Part shown: positions 54,418-64,000 of the stretch, in pieces | How positions within the stretch are numbered: position 1 is the stretch's first letter | How the letters are laid out: each line of letters starts with the position of its first letter | From: Clostridia bacterium | GTDB taxonomy: Bacteria; Bacillota; Clostridia; UMGS1883; UMGS1540 | Assembly (NCBI GenBank): GCA_017442155.1 | Contig: JAFSAU010000038.1 | Location: forward strand, 57,685-121,684 | Direction: 5' to 3' | Length of the DNA stretch: 64,000 bases | The notes under the pieces: generated by a model | What the model was told of the DNA's origin: nothing | The model's input: the letters and a program-made list of their open reading frames with translations, nothing else | The model's database searches: none | Position numbers and translations under genes: made by a program

Positions 54418-55716
54418 ATGAACAAGAGAAAACCCCTGTTTTTATGTGTTGCGGTGCTGTTGGTTACAGTACTTTTGTTCAGCCAGGCGGCACAGGCGTT
54501 ATCGGTTTCGATGACGGAGGAAGAAAAGCAGATGTTTGCGACAAGAGCGGAATTCAGCCATGCACTGGCAGAGCTTTTGCGGGAAAAGGGCGTATGGGGA
54601 ACGGAAAAGGAAAGCGACGGGTTTTCGGATATTTCGCCGGAGCAAGCATACTATGCTGATATTTTACTGCTGGAAGAAATTGGCGTTGTAAACGGAGACG
54701 GAAACGGGAAATTCCGCCCGAATGACCTTATTACGTATCAGGAAGCAGTTGCAATGCTGGGAAGAAGCTTTCGCGGAGATGAATGGATTGTCCGGAATTT
54801 TGGTCCCTATCCAAACGGCTATACGATTTTTGCCATGCAGGAGGGTCTCACACAGGGAGTTGCCATGCAAATGAATATGCCTGTTATGCGCGGGAACATG
54901 GAGGCACTTCTGAAAAATACGGGGGAGAAAATCAAGGTTTACTCGGATTTAGTGCAAAAGCTGGGCTGTGATGACTATACGGGACAGCTATACATAGACT
55001 ATTACCCGAAGCACTGGCAGGGGTATTCCCAAAAGCCCATCGATTCATCGACGGGATATTTTCACATTGTGCCGGAAAAAGTGCTGTATTCCTACGACAA
55101 CGAAACCTGGCATGTGGCCTACGAGGCGATAGACGGGAAAACGGTTTTCTACGGCTTGCCGGAATATGTGGAAGCGGCCCGGTACAACTGGGCATACAAG
55201 GCCTTTGAGAGCGTACCGTACCACCCGGAAGCAATGTACCATTCCTATGATTACAAAACCTGGTATCCGGGGCCGGCAACCCAGAGGAAATACGAAGACC
55301 TTGCGGTTACGGAGGAAAGCTTTCCTTTTGGCATACAAGGGACAAGCCTTTTTACGGATACTGCATCGGGGCTGTATTTTTCGTTTCTCCCATATGAGGC
55401 GGCGTATTATATGTCCAAAACCTACGGGATAGAAATGGTCGAGACGAAAAGCAATATAATCTGGGCTTCAAAGGATCAGGTGAACTGGATTGGAATCACG
55501 CTTCCGGAAGAAGTGTATTACTATAAAAGTTTTACGGTTAGAAGCGATATACAAGGGATTCGGCTTGACTGTGCGGTGGATTTCACGGAGGACGAACGAC
55601 AATATCTGGATGCGGTAGAAAAGCAGGCAGAGGAAGCAGGCGGTGGATATGATCGGCCGCAATATAAATATGAAAACTACATAATTCCCTTTGACGACAT
55701 TCTGAAACTACTGTAA
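54418..55716 (+). CDS. Secreted SLH-domain protein, paralog A
   Basis: Signal peptide; ATRAEF, FSDI, GVVNGDG.G.FRP...ITYQEA; Tyr-rich C-terminal region with S.D...W repeats. Confidence 0.85.
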   Translation: MNKRKPLFLCVAVLLVTVLLFSQAAQALSVSMTEEEKQMFATRAEFSHALAELLREKGVWGTEKESDGFSDISPEQAYYADILLLEEIGVVNGDGNGKFRPNDLITYQEAVAMLGRSFRGDEWIVRNFGPYPNGYTIFAMQEGLTQGVAMQMNMPVMRGNMEALLKNTGEKIKVYSDLVQKLGCDDYTGQLYIDYYPKHWQGYSQKPIDSSTGYFHIVPEKVLYSYDNETWHVAYEAIDGKTVFYGLPEYVEAARYNWAYKAFESVPYHPEAMYHSYDYKTWYPGPATQRKYEDLAVTEESFPFGIQGTSLFTDTASGLYFSFLPYEAAYYMSKTYGIEMVETKSNIIWASKDQVNWIGITLPEEVYYYKSFTVRSDIQGIRLDCAVDFTEDERQYLDAVEKQAEEAGGGYDRPQYKYENYIIPFDDILKLL

Positions 55717-55743
55717 TAAAAAAGCAGAGGTCTGCCGCAGGAA

Positions 55744-55768
55744 AGGGCGGGGAAACCCGCCCGTTTTT
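55744..55768 (+). terminator. Rho-independent terminator
   Basis: GGGCGGG-GAAA-CCCGCCC + GTTTTT. Confidence 0.8.
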
Positions 55769-55830
55769 AACAGAAAGCAATTGCAAAGCGACAAATTTTA
55801 TGATATAATAAACTAAAAAGGGGGAAGAAA

Positions 55831-57462
55831 ATGAAAAAGACTTTTTCGTGCCTGGTTGTGGTATTATCAATATTTTTACCCATGATAGCAAAAGCAGCCA
55901 ACGATGCTGAAAGCTGGGACTTTCAGTATGAATACGAAAAAAATCAGTATATTTATATTCATGCAGAAGAAACAAAACGAGAAAACGGCTTCACTTATTA
56001 TGTGTTAGACGAGGAAAAGAAGACAGCATGTTTGGTTCAGGTGGATGAAACCGCTGTAACAGACGAAGGAACACTGGTGATCCCCGGAGAAATTGCCGGG
56101 TATACCATTGAGGGGCTTTGTAACTGTGTCATTTATGAAAAAGCAAAAACGATTGATTTATCTTTCACGTCCATAAAACGGTTGCCAACATTTTGCTTTA
56201 ATGGTGACATGTTCCTGGAAAAATGTATTTTGCCGTCAACGATTAAGGAACTGGGCCATGCCAGCCTTTCAGCAACCTCTATAAAAGAAATTGAACTTCC
56301 GGAGGGGCTTGAGCGTATTGATGACTGTGCACTCGCTTCTACTCCTATCAGGGAAATCACGTTTCCGTCAACCCTTCGTGAAATAGGATATCATGCCTTT
56401 GGTTACTGCCATTTCCTCGAAAAAATTGTTTTTTTACCGGGAGAACTACAGCGGATAGAAGCGGTCGCGCCCGTCTCGGGCGACTATTCGTTTTGGACGA
56501 GAAGCTTAAAAGAACTAACACTTCCGGCAAATATTACGTATATAGGAGATGAAGAATTCCAGGATTTTGTTGTATATAAAGGACTTTATGAGGTTTTGGG
56601 CTATCCTGAAGGGCTGGTTGTTTATGGAGAACCTGGCTCGTATGCAGAAAGCTGGGCGAACGAAAAAGGACTGCTTTTTTCGACAAAAACAAAGGTCATG
56701 CTGGAAGGACAGGAGATTGTTTTTGCAGACCAGCAGCCGATTATCAAAGCAGGACGAACGCTGGTACCTGCCCGGTCTGTTTTTGAAGATATGGGTGCTG
56801 TAGTTTCCTGGGATGGGGAGACGCAGACGGTGACGGTGGAAAAGGATGAAATAAGTGTACAGATTCCTATCGGGAGCAATGTTCTTCTGAAAAACGGCGA
56901 AGAGAAAAAACTTGAAGTACCGGCAGAAATTATAAACGGAAGAACAATGCTGCCCCTTCGGGCAATTTCGGAAGTGCTGAACTGTTATGTGGCGTGGGTA
57001 CAAGTGCAAAATACTGTCCACATTTACGGGAAGAGTGTATCAGAGAAACGAAATGAGATTCTGGCAGAGCGATTCCAGGAGAATAGGTATACGGTGCATG
57101 ATGTGTATGAAACAGACTACGGTACAGTGATACAATGTACCCTGCTGGGCGTACCGTACAGAACAGGATATGAAATTTTCCTTTTGGATGCAGAAGGAAA
57201 CTATACACGGCTCGATAGTGCCGTCCTGAAAGATGGGATGAATATACATCCGCGGGCGGAGTATATCGCTATTTGGGAAGACGGTAAAACAATGACCTAT
57301 TCTGTCACGTGTAAAGACAGAGCGGTGAAAAGAACAATAGATCCGGAAACGAGAAAAGAAACAATTGAAATTGTGTACTATGAACCGGGCGTCTACTATT
57401 ACAGTGTCAATCTGGAAACTGGCGAAAATACACTGACGGATTTTATACCAAAAGAAGGATGA
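55831..57462 (+). CDS. Secreted BspA-type leucine-rich repeat protein with copper amine oxidase N-terminal (stalk) domain
   Basis: LPSTIKEL, LPEGLERI, FPSTLREIG..AF repeats; QP.I..GRTLVP.R.VFE..G..V.WD and GRTMLPLRAISE. Confidence 0.88.
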   Translation: MKKTFSCLVVVLSIFLPMIAKAANDAESWDFQYEYEKNQYIYIHAEETKRENGFTYYVLDEEKKTACLVQVDETAVTDEGTLVIPGEIAGYTIEGLCNCVIYEKAKTIDLSFTSIKRLPTFCFNGDMFLEKCILPSTIKELGHASLSATSIKEIELPEGLERIDDCALASTPIREITFPSTLREIGYHAFGYCHFLEKIVFLPGELQRIEAVAPVSGDYSFWTRSLKELTLPANITYIGDEEFQDFVVYKGLYEVLGYPEGLVVYGEPGSYAESWANEKGLLFSTKTKVMLEGQEIVFADQQPIIKAGRTLVPARSVFEDMGAVVSWDGETQTVTVEKDEISVQIPIGSNVLLKNGEEKKLEVPAEIINGRTMLPLRAISEVLNCYVAWVQVQNTVHIYGKSVSEKRNEILAERFQENRYTVHDVYETDYGTVIQCTLLGVPYRTGYEIFLLDAEGNYTRLDSAVLKDGMNIHPRAEYIAIWEDGKTMTYSVTCKDRAVKRTIDPETRKETIEIVYYEPGVYYYSVNLETGENTLTDFIPKEG

Positions 57463-57527
57463 TGGACTGCTTGTTTTTGGGAAGTGTTTGCAGTGATTCT
57501 TGATATGAATAAGGAGGTCATACTAAA

Positions 57528-58832
57528 ATGAAAAAGCGAAAAATTTTGTTATCACTCAGTACAATCCTTTTGAGCACAGTGCTTATGCTGGGTCAGGCGG
57601 CACAGGCGTTATCGGTTTCGATGACGGAGGAAGAAAAGCAGATGTTTGCGACAAGAGCGGAATTCAGCCATGCACTGGCAGAGCTTTTGCGGGATAAGGG
57701 CGTATGGGGAACGGAAAAGGAAAGCGACGGCTTTTCGGATATTTCGCCGGAGCAAGCATACTATGCTGATATTTTACTGCTGGAGGAAATTGGCGTTGTA
57801 AACGGAGACGGAAACGGGAATTTCCGTCCGGATGACCTTATTACGTATCAGGAAGCAGTTGCAATGCTGGGAAGAAGCTTTCGCGGAGATGAATGGATTG
57901 TCCGAAACTTTGGTGCCTATCCGGACGGGTATACGATTTTTGCCATGCAGGAGGGTCTCACACAGGGGGTTGCCATGCAAATGAATATGCCCGTTATGCG
58001 CGGGAACATGGAGGCACTTCTGAGAAATACGGGGGAGAAAATTAAGGTTTACCCGGATTTAGTGCAAAAGCTGGGCTGTGATACATATACGGGGCATGTA
58101 TATATTGATTATTATCCGAAGCATTGGCAGGGGTATTCCAAAAAGCCCATCGATTCATCGACGGGATATTTTCACATTGTGCCGGAAAAAGTGCTGTATT
58201 CCTACGACAACGAAACCTGGCATGTGCTGAGTGAGACCATAGACGGGAAAACGGTTTGCTATGGTTTGCCCGACTACATTGAAGCCGCCCGGTTTGACTG
58301 GGCGTATGAGGTTTTCCAGAGCGTGCCGATACCGTATGATCCGGAAAAACTGTATTATTCTTATGATTTTAAAACGTGGCATAAAGGAAGCCTGCCGACG
58401 GGAAAGGTAAAAACCCCGGTGCTTTTGGAGCAAAGCTTTCCTTTCGGCATAGAGGGAGCCGCACTTTTCGAGGATGAAGAGACGGGACTGTATTTTTCTT
58501 TTCGTCCGTACGAGAAAGAATATTATATATCAAAGACATACGGCGTAGAACTGGTGGAATCAAAGAGTAATGTTGTCTGGGCTTCCAAGGATCAGGTGAA
58601 CTGGGTCGGAATCCGTATTCCGGAAGAAGCGCATTATTATAAAATATTTTCGGTCAGAAGCAATATTCAGGCTCTGTTTCTGAGCTGTGCCGTGGATTTT
58701 ACAGAGGAGGAACAGCAATATTTAGATGGCCTGGAGAAAGAGGCGGCAGAGAAGAAGCTCGGATATGACCGCCCGCAGTATAAATATGAAAAATACATAA
58801 TTCCCTTTGACGACATTCTGAAGCTGCTGTAA
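57528..58832 (+). CDS. Secreted SLH-domain protein, paralog B
   Basis: Collinear paralog of 54418..55716; RBS AAGGAGG. Confidence 0.85.
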   Translation: MKKRKILLSLSTILLSTVLMLGQAAQALSVSMTEEEKQMFATRAEFSHALAELLRDKGVWGTEKESDGFSDISPEQAYYADILLLEEIGVVNGDGNGNFRPDDLITYQEAVAMLGRSFRGDEWIVRNFGAYPDGYTIFAMQEGLTQGVAMQMNMPVMRGNMEALLRNTGEKIKVYPDLVQKLGCDTYTGHVYIDYYPKHWQGYSKKPIDSSTGYFHIVPEKVLYSYDNETWHVLSETIDGKTVCYGLPDYIEAARFDWAYEVFQSVPIPYDPEKLYYSYDFKTWHKGSLPTGKVKTPVLLEQSFPFGIEGAALFEDEETGLYFSFRPYEKEYYISKTYGVELVESKSNVVWASKDQVNWVGIRIPEEAHYYKIFSVRSNIQALFLSCAVDFTEEEQQYLDGLEKEAAEKKLGYDRPQYKYEKYIIPFDDILKLL

Positions 58833-58840
58833 TAAAAAGC

Positions 58841-58894
58841 AGAGGTCTGCCGCAGGCTGATTTTCAAAAGTTGTGCCTGTGGCAGTCTTTTTTT
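58841..58894 (+). terminator. Rho-independent terminator
   Basis: CTGCCGCAGGC...GCCTGTGGCAG + TCTTTTTTT. Confidence 0.7.
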
Positions 58895-58981
58895 ATGGTT
58901 TAAAATAAATTAACAATATAAAACTGGACAAACTGCGGAAAGTATGGTAAAATAGTAGAAAGCTTGGAAGGAGCTGGGAAA

Positions 58982-59530
58982 GTGGGAAGAACAATCGGAG
59001 AATACAGAGACATTGCGGCAAAGCTTCTGCGAGGGATTTTGCGGCGCGGGCGGTTTGCGTCCTGCGGGAAAACCCTGCGCATGGGAAGCGGCGTTGTTAT
59101 ACTGAAAAAGAACGGTGAAATCCGTCTGGGGGACCGGGTGGTATTGCACAAAAACTGCAAACTCAGTGCCTGGGGGACAGACGGTCCGGCGAAAATTACC
59201 GTCGGCAACCGTACCTATATCGGCGACAGAACGGAAATTCATGCCGGACAAAGCGTGACCATTGGCGACGGATGCGACATTTCCTGGGACTGCTGTATTA
59301 TGGACCGGGACTATCATAAGCTCGGCACCGAACGTGAGGTATTCCGGCCGGTGACTATCGGAAACCACGTCTGGATTGGATGTAAGGCCACCATTCTGAA
59401 AGGCGTTACGGTGGGTGACGGTGCGGTGATTGCCGCCGGAAGCGTGGTAACCCGTGACGTGCCGCCCCGCACGCTGGTGGGCGGAAATCCGGCCCGCGTA
59501 CTTAAAGAAGAGGTGGAATGGAAGGAATGA
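58982..59530 (+). CDS. Left-handed beta-helix O-acyltransferase
   Basis: Hexapeptide repeats; [35 protein letters not shown]. Confidence 0.88.
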   Translation: MGRTIGEYRDIAAKLLRGILRRGRFASCGKTLRMGSGVVILKKNGEIRLGDRVVLHKNCKLSAWGTDGPAKITVGNRTYIGDRTEIHAGQSVTIGDGCDISWDCCIMDRDYHKLGTEREVFRPVTIGNHVWIGCKATILKGVTVGDGAVIAAGSVVTRDVPPRTLVGGNPARVLKEEVEWKE

Positions 59531-61041
59531 AGAAAAAGAATCTGTTCGGCGCCATTGGGTACGTAACAGTCATTATGATTTTTTCGCGGCTTCTGGCCCT
59601 TGTCAGTACCCAGGTATATATGTCCTTTTACGGGGCATCGGACCTGTATCTGAATATTTATTCCTATGCCATCAGCATACCGAACATTATCTTCACCTGC
59701 TTCGGCACGGCACTCTCCACGGTGGTGATTCCCATTTATACCGGGTATATTGCCACAGAAAAACGGGAGAAGGCGAAGTCCTTTGCCGATACGCTCATTA
59801 CCGTAACCACGGTGTTTACGGCACTTCTGGTGCTGGTAGGAATAGCCCTTTCGCCCATTTTGCCCCGGTTCACTTCCCTCGGGGATTATGGCTTTGCCGT
59901 CAGGGCACTGATGATTATGATGCCGGCCATGCTGTTTTATGGCCTTAACTATATTTTCCAGGGAATGCTCCAGTCCCACGGCAAATACGGCTGGCCCGCT
60001 TTTGTCAGCGTGCCCAGCAGTCTGGTCGTGATTCTGTACGTTATATTTCTGGGCGATACCTATGGGGTTTCCGGTCTTCTGGTGGCCACACTCATCGGTC
60101 TCAGCCTGCAGGCATTTATCCTTGTGCCGCCCCTTGTGCGGACAGGCTATCGCTATAAGGCATCCTTTGACCTTAAAAACCCGGATATGCGGGTGGCACT
60201 CCGCATGACATTGCCGGTGCTTCTCGGTGTTTCGGCGTACCAGATGAATATGTTTTACAACACAACGATGATTGCGAATTTCCCCGGCATGGTCACCCTG
60301 CTGACCTTTGTGCAGAATATAACGCTTTATCTCGTTTTGGCATTTGCCTATTCCATCACGGCGGTGATTTATCCGCGGCTGACAGCGTATGCCGCGGTGG
60401 ACGATATGGATTCCTACAAGGAAACACTGCGGAAAATTTTAAACAGTGTGATTCTTCTTTTGGTGCCGGTCACCTTTGGCTTTATTGCCGTCCGGCAGGA
60501 GCTTTTGCAGCTTATCAGCCAGTGGGGCAAGGTGACAAGCAGTGATATTGACGCGGCCGCCGGGCTTTTGTGCATGTATTCGATTGGTATTTTAGGTATC
60601 GGCATGAAGGAAATCCTGGATCGGGCCTTTTATGCACTGAAAAAGACGTTTCTGCCGGCTGTGAATGGCTTTGTTATTATGGCGGTAAATATTGTTCTCA
60701 GCCAGATTCTGATGCGGAAAATGGGTGCAAACGGTATTCCGCTGGCCTACTCCGTCGCATCCCTCACCGGCACGGCTGTGCTTCTCTTTGCCCTGCGCCG
60801 GAAAATCGGTCCTTACGGGAAGGGGATTGGGACAACCTTTATAAAAAGCATATTCGCGGCGGCCGTAATGTTCGTTTGTGTGCTGTTTTTAAACCGGGTG
60901 CTGGGGAATGCCCTGCCCGGCAACACACTGCTGTTCCGGCTGGTGCGCCTTGGGGTGCCCTGTATGGCGGGCGTTCTCATTTACGGCATTCTGGCTCTCA
61001 TTTTGGGTCTTTTGCCGAAACGCGGAGGTAAAACTGCATGA
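59527..61041 (+). CDS. MurJ/MviN-family flippase
   Basis: SRLL, A..IPN, V.IP.Y, TVIYP.L, RAFYA; about 14 TM helices. Confidence 0.85.
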   Translation: MKKKNLFGAIGYVTVIMIFSRLLALVSTQVYMSFYGASDLYLNIYSYAISIPNIIFTCFGTALSTVVIPIYTGYIATEKREKAKSFADTLITVTTVFTALLVLVGIALSPILPRFTSLGDYGFAVRALMIMMPAMLFYGLNYIFQGMLQSHGKYGWPAFVSVPSSLVVILYVIFLGDTYGVSGLLVATLIGLSLQAFILVPPLVRTGYRYKASFDLKNPDMRVALRMTLPVLLGVSAYQMNMFYNTTMIANFPGMVTLLTFVQNITLYLVLAFAYSITAVIYPRLTAYAAVDDMDSYKETLRKILNSVILLLVPVTFGFIAVRQELLQLISQWGKVTSSDIDAAAGLLCMYSIGILGIGMKEILDRAFYALKKTFLPAVNGFVIMAVNIVLSQILMRKMGANGIPLAYSVASLTGTAVLLFALRRKIGPYGKGIGTTFIKSIFAAAVMFVCVLFLNRVLGNALPGNTLLFRLVRLGVPCMAGVLIYGILALILGLLPKRGGKTA

Positions 61042-61568
61042 AAAAAATAATCCGTACCATTTGTTATTTCTTTTATTACTGCTTTGCACGGCATCTGCCC
61101 TGCACGGGTCTGCCCTATAGTCTCGGGGCCGGGCATATCCGCCACTTTTTTGCAAAGGGAATGCTGGATAAATGCGGAAAAAATGTAAATATTGAGCATG
61201 GGGCATTTTTTGCCTCCGGCAAAGAAATTTCCATCGGCAATAATTCCGGGCTCGGCATCGGATGCCGTGTGGCGGGACCGCTGGAGATTGGGGACGACGT
61301 GATGATGGCTCCCAATGTAACCATTGTAACGCAAAACCATGAAACCTCGGATTTGAGCCGCCCGATGCGTTTGCAGACGGCGCCCAAACATAAAGTAACC
61401 ATTGGAAATGACGTATGGATTGGTGCCAATGTCATCATTCTGCCGGGCATCACCATCGGAAACGGCTGTATTATTGCCGGCGGTGCGGTGGTGACGAAGG
61501 ATGTGCCGGACTACGCGGTGGTCGGGGGCAATCCTGCCCGGATTCTGAAAAACAGAAAGGACGGATAA
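61038..61568 (+). CDS. Left-handed beta-helix O-acetyltransferase
   Basis: IG.NSG.G, IGDDVMM.P, IGNDVWIG, ILPG.TIG, GGNPAR. Confidence 0.88.
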   Translation: MKKIIRTICYFFYYCFARHLPCTGLPYSLGAGHIRHFFAKGMLDKCGKNVNIEHGAFFASGKEISIGNNSGLGIGCRVAGPLEIGDDVMMAPNVTIVTQNHETSDLSRPMRLQTAPKHKVTIGNDVWIGANVIILPGITIGNGCIIAGGAVVTKDVPDYAVVGGNPARILKNRKDG

Positions 61569-61569
61569 A

Positions 61570-62679
61570 ATGCGCGTACTGTATCTCATTAACCACGCCG
61601 GAAAGGCCGGCACGGAAAAATATGTGTACAACCTGGTAAAGGCGTACCGGGAGGAAAAGGCGGAATGCTTTTTCGCTTATAACGAGCCGGGGCCGCTTCT
61701 TACGCAGATGCAGGAATTAGGCATACCCACCTGCCGGGTGGAAATGCGCTCTCCCTTCGACAGACGGGCCGCGAAAAAGCTGGCACTTTTATGCCGGAGA
61801 TATAAAATTGATATCATTCACACCCAGTACCCGCGGGAAAACTACATTGCGGTGCTTTCTAAGCGGTACCGGCCGGAAACCAAGGTGATTTACACCTGTC
61901 ATCTGACACTGAAAACCGGTCCCTTATGGAAGCTGACCAACAAAATGATTACAAAGAGGGACGATGCTATCATCTCCGTTTGTAATAACGGCAAGGAGCT
62001 GCTCATCGGAAACGGTGTGCCGGAGGATAAAATCCGCGTTATTTTCAACGGTCTCTGGCCGGAGGAAGCCACAAGAGCGGCAGAATCCACCATCCGGCAG
62101 GAGCTGGGACTGGGGGAGGATACCTTTGTGGCGGTCACCCTTGCCCGGTATCATATTGCAAAGGGACTTCCCTATCTGGTGGATTCCATTGCAAAGGTAA
62201 GTCCGGATTTGCCCTTCGTGTGCCTGATTGCAGGAGACGGGGAGCTGTATGACGAGGTACGTGCACAGATTGCAGAAAAGGGTCTGGAGAACAGAGTGCT
62301 GCAGCTGGGCTTCCGCAAGGATGCGGACAACCTTCTGGCCGGTGCGGATGTGTTTATTAACTCTGCCAAATGCTATGAGGCACTCAGCTTTGCTATTTTA
62401 GAGGCACTGGGAGCGGGGCTTCCGGTCATTGCCACTAACATCGGCGGGAACGGCGACATTGTGAACGAAGAAAACGACTGCGGCATCTTAGTGGAATACG
62501 GCGACACAGACGCGATGGCGAAGGCCATCGAAACCCTGGCGGCTGACCGTGCCCTCTGTGCCCGGTATGGTGAGAACGGGCAGAAGGCAGTAAAAAATGT
62601 GTTTAATCTGGAAATCATTCTGGATAAAATATATGCAGTATATGAAGAAGTGCTGGATGGCACGGAGAAAGGACGGTAA
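61570..62679 (+). CDS. GT4 glycosyltransferase
   Basis: GTEK, IIHT, IFNG, KG, LGFR.D, EALSFAILEAL..GLPVIAT..GG. Confidence 0.92.
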   Translation: MRVLYLINHAGKAGTEKYVYNLVKAYREEKAECFFAYNEPGPLLTQMQELGIPTCRVEMRSPFDRRAAKKLALLCRRYKIDIIHTQYPRENYIAVLSKRYRPETKVIYTCHLTLKTGPLWKLTNKMITKRDDAIISVCNNGKELLIGNGVPEDKIRVIFNGLWPEEATRAAESTIRQELGLGEDTFVAVTLARYHIAKGLPYLVDSIAKVSPDLPFVCLIAGDGELYDEVRAQIAEKGLENRVLQLGFRKDADNLLAGADVFINSAKCYEALSFAILEALGAGLPVIATNIGGNGDIVNEENDCGILVEYGDTDAMAKAIETLAADRALCARYGENGQKAVKNVFNLEIILDKIYAVYEEVLDGTEKGR

Positions 62680-62682
62680 AAC

Positions 62683-63234
62683 ATGATTGACAAAAACGGA
62701 AAGGTATTCGGAAAAATTAACATTATTGACCTTCTGGTCCTCCTTATTTTAGTGGTGGCCATCGCGGTGGTGGGTGTGAAATTCATGAAACCCGGCGGCA
62801 CAGAGCTGCAGACATTGGAAATGGAGTTTTACACGGAAGAGGTAAATGACTGGGTGGCTGAGAAAATCCATCCCGGGGATGCACTGTACGACGGCACGTA
62901 TGACCTGGAGCTGGGAACGGTTATAGAAGCCGTGCAGGCGGAGCCGATGACCTGGGGTCTCACGCAGGAGGGGCAGTATGTGCTGGCCCCCCGTGAAGGA
63001 TACTGCTCTCTGACAGTTATTGGAGAGGTACAGGGTGTAAAGACAGCGAACGGTGCGGAAATCGACGGAAACAAGTACGGTGTCGGACATTCCATGGTGC
63101 TGTATGCCGGTGATGCCAAAATGTATCTGCGCGTGAGTGACATCCGCGTCAAGGGAGAGACGGAAGAGAAGGTCCCGTCCGGTGCAGAACTGCCGGAGGG
63201 AGCCATCAGAGAAGAGGAAGCCGTCACGGAGTAA
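62683..63234 (+). CDS. DUF4330-family membrane-anchored protein
   Basis: ID.NGK.FGKINIIDL followed by a TM helix. Confidence 0.8.
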   Translation: MIDKNGKVFGKINIIDLLVLLILVVAIAVVGVKFMKPGGTELQTLEMEFYTEEVNDWVAEKIHPGDALYDGTYDLELGTVIEAVQAEPMTWGLTQEGQYVLAPREGYCSLTVIGEVQGVKTANGAEIDGNKYGVGHSMVLYAGDAKMYLRVSDIRVKGETEEKVPSGAELPEGAIREEEAVTE

Positions 63235-63249
63235 CGGAAAGGATATACA

Positions 63250-64000
63250 ATGCAAAACAGTGTTTTCTGCAGATTTTTTCTGTGGTTATATCACGCGGCC
63301 GGACAAAGTGCGGTCATCCGGGCGATAGAAGTGGCTGTGGGTGCCGTGGGCAGGGCTTTGCGCGGCAGTATTTTCGGCCGCATCCTTTGCCGGGAAACAA
63401 GTATAGACAGCTATACCGGCACTTCGGTACTGTACCGGGGCATGGGTGTCGTCCGCGAGGGGATTACCGGGTTTTTCACCCGGATGTACGGAAAGCTTCG
63501 CTCTGTCAATTCAGGAAGTCTGAACATGCGACTGTATGAAAAGACGCTTGGCGGCTCATTCCTGTTTCATCTGGAATCCCTGCTGGCGGTGTTTGTACTG
63601 CTGATTTTCATACTTCCCCATAAAATGTGGAATAATTTGTACGCCACAGCGCTGACTGCACTTCTGACGGTGGTGTATTTCCTGTGCATCATCAGCGGCC
63701 GGAAGGATATGGAGGAAAGACCGAAGGGGGGACTCTGGTTTCCGCTTCTGTTCTTTATGTTTGCGGTCGTCTTAGGCACTATAGGAAGCCCGACACCGGG
63801 GGACAGCATACGGGTGCTGGCTTTCTTTGTAACGGCATTCCTCCTTTGTGTGGTCGTGCGGGGGACGCTTTCGTCTTATGCGAAAATTGACTTTTTTCTC
63901 CGCGGAATTGTGCTGGCCCTGCTCCTGACAGGGGCATATGCGGCGGTACAGCGGGTAATGGGCGTGGCGGCCGATGCATCACTGACGGATTTGGAGCTGA
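63250..64000 (+). CDS. O-antigen ligase/polymerase-family membrane protein (3' truncated by window)
   Basis: Hand-translated open frame from ATG 63250 (MQNSVFCRFF...PHKMWNNLY...YAAVQRVMGV); multiple TM helices; context after DUF4330 and GT4. Confidence 0.7.
   Translation, partial: MQNSVFCRFFLWLYHAAGQSAVIRAIEVAVGAVGRALRGSIFGRILCRETSIDSYTGTSVLYRGMGVVREGITGFFTRMYGKLRSVNSGSLNMRLYEKTLGGSFLFHLESLLAVFVLLIFILPHKMWNNLYATALTALLTVVYFLCIISGRKDMEERPKGGLWFPLLFFMFAVVLGTIGSPTPGDSIRVLAFFVTAFLLCVVVRGTLSSYAKIDFFLRGIVLALLLTGAYAAVQRVMGVAADASLTDLEL

Larger units (their letters stand above)
54484..58226 (+). repeat. Near-identical 633-bp direct repeat (54484-55116 / 57594-58226), plus an ~85-bp 3' repeat (55657-55741 / 58773-58856)
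   Basis: By-eye alignment; constant offset 3110 for the 5' block. Confidence 0.9.

Noticed and set aside
54484-58856. Diversity-generating retroelement TR/VR pair
   Set aside because: Differences are not adenine-specific, many are synonymous, both copies are full genes, and no reverse transcriptase is present.
1-64000. CRISPR arrays, tRNA, rRNA, transposases
   Set aside because: No regularly spaced repeats, tRNA arm motifs, rRNA-like sequence or DDE/Y1 ORFs were seen by eye.

Overview
64 kb of chromosome from an anaerobic, spore-forming Clostridia-class firmicute (spoIIA operon, SASP, SLH-domain surface proteins). In order: (1) the 3' end of a large secreted protein ending in an X-module/type-II-like dockerin, then a cohesin-Ig-SLH anchoring protein; (2) an intergenic region with a REP-like inverted doublet and a candidate type I toxin-antitoxin locus (24-aa hydrophobic peptide plus convergent antisense RNA, not in the ORF track); (3) nifS/nifU, comEC, a patatin, an NSS transporter and a LicD-like protein with degenerate catalytic motifs; (4) a ~20 kb redox block: a Rex-box-fronted operon mdh-hdrBCA-flxDCBA-soluble fumarate reductase-AAE transporter-fumAB, then hup, nfnAB and a trimeric [FeFe]-hydrogenase; hdrA is split by a 1-nt shortfall in an A run; (5) a structured leader/sRNA upstream of an AbrB-family gene, a DnaA-box cluster in front of spoIIAA-AB-sigF, and an AT-richer accessory patch (cloverleaf repeat, XRE, AraC, beta-propeller, PnuC); (6) ssp, mutS and housekeeping genes; (7) a LytTR/GHKL pair followed by four surface-protein genes including a mosaic duplicated pair; (8) the start of a cell-wall polysaccharide locus. 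No rRNA, tRNA, CRISPR array, integrase or intact transposase was seen. All calls come from motif reading by eye; no database searches or folding programs were run.
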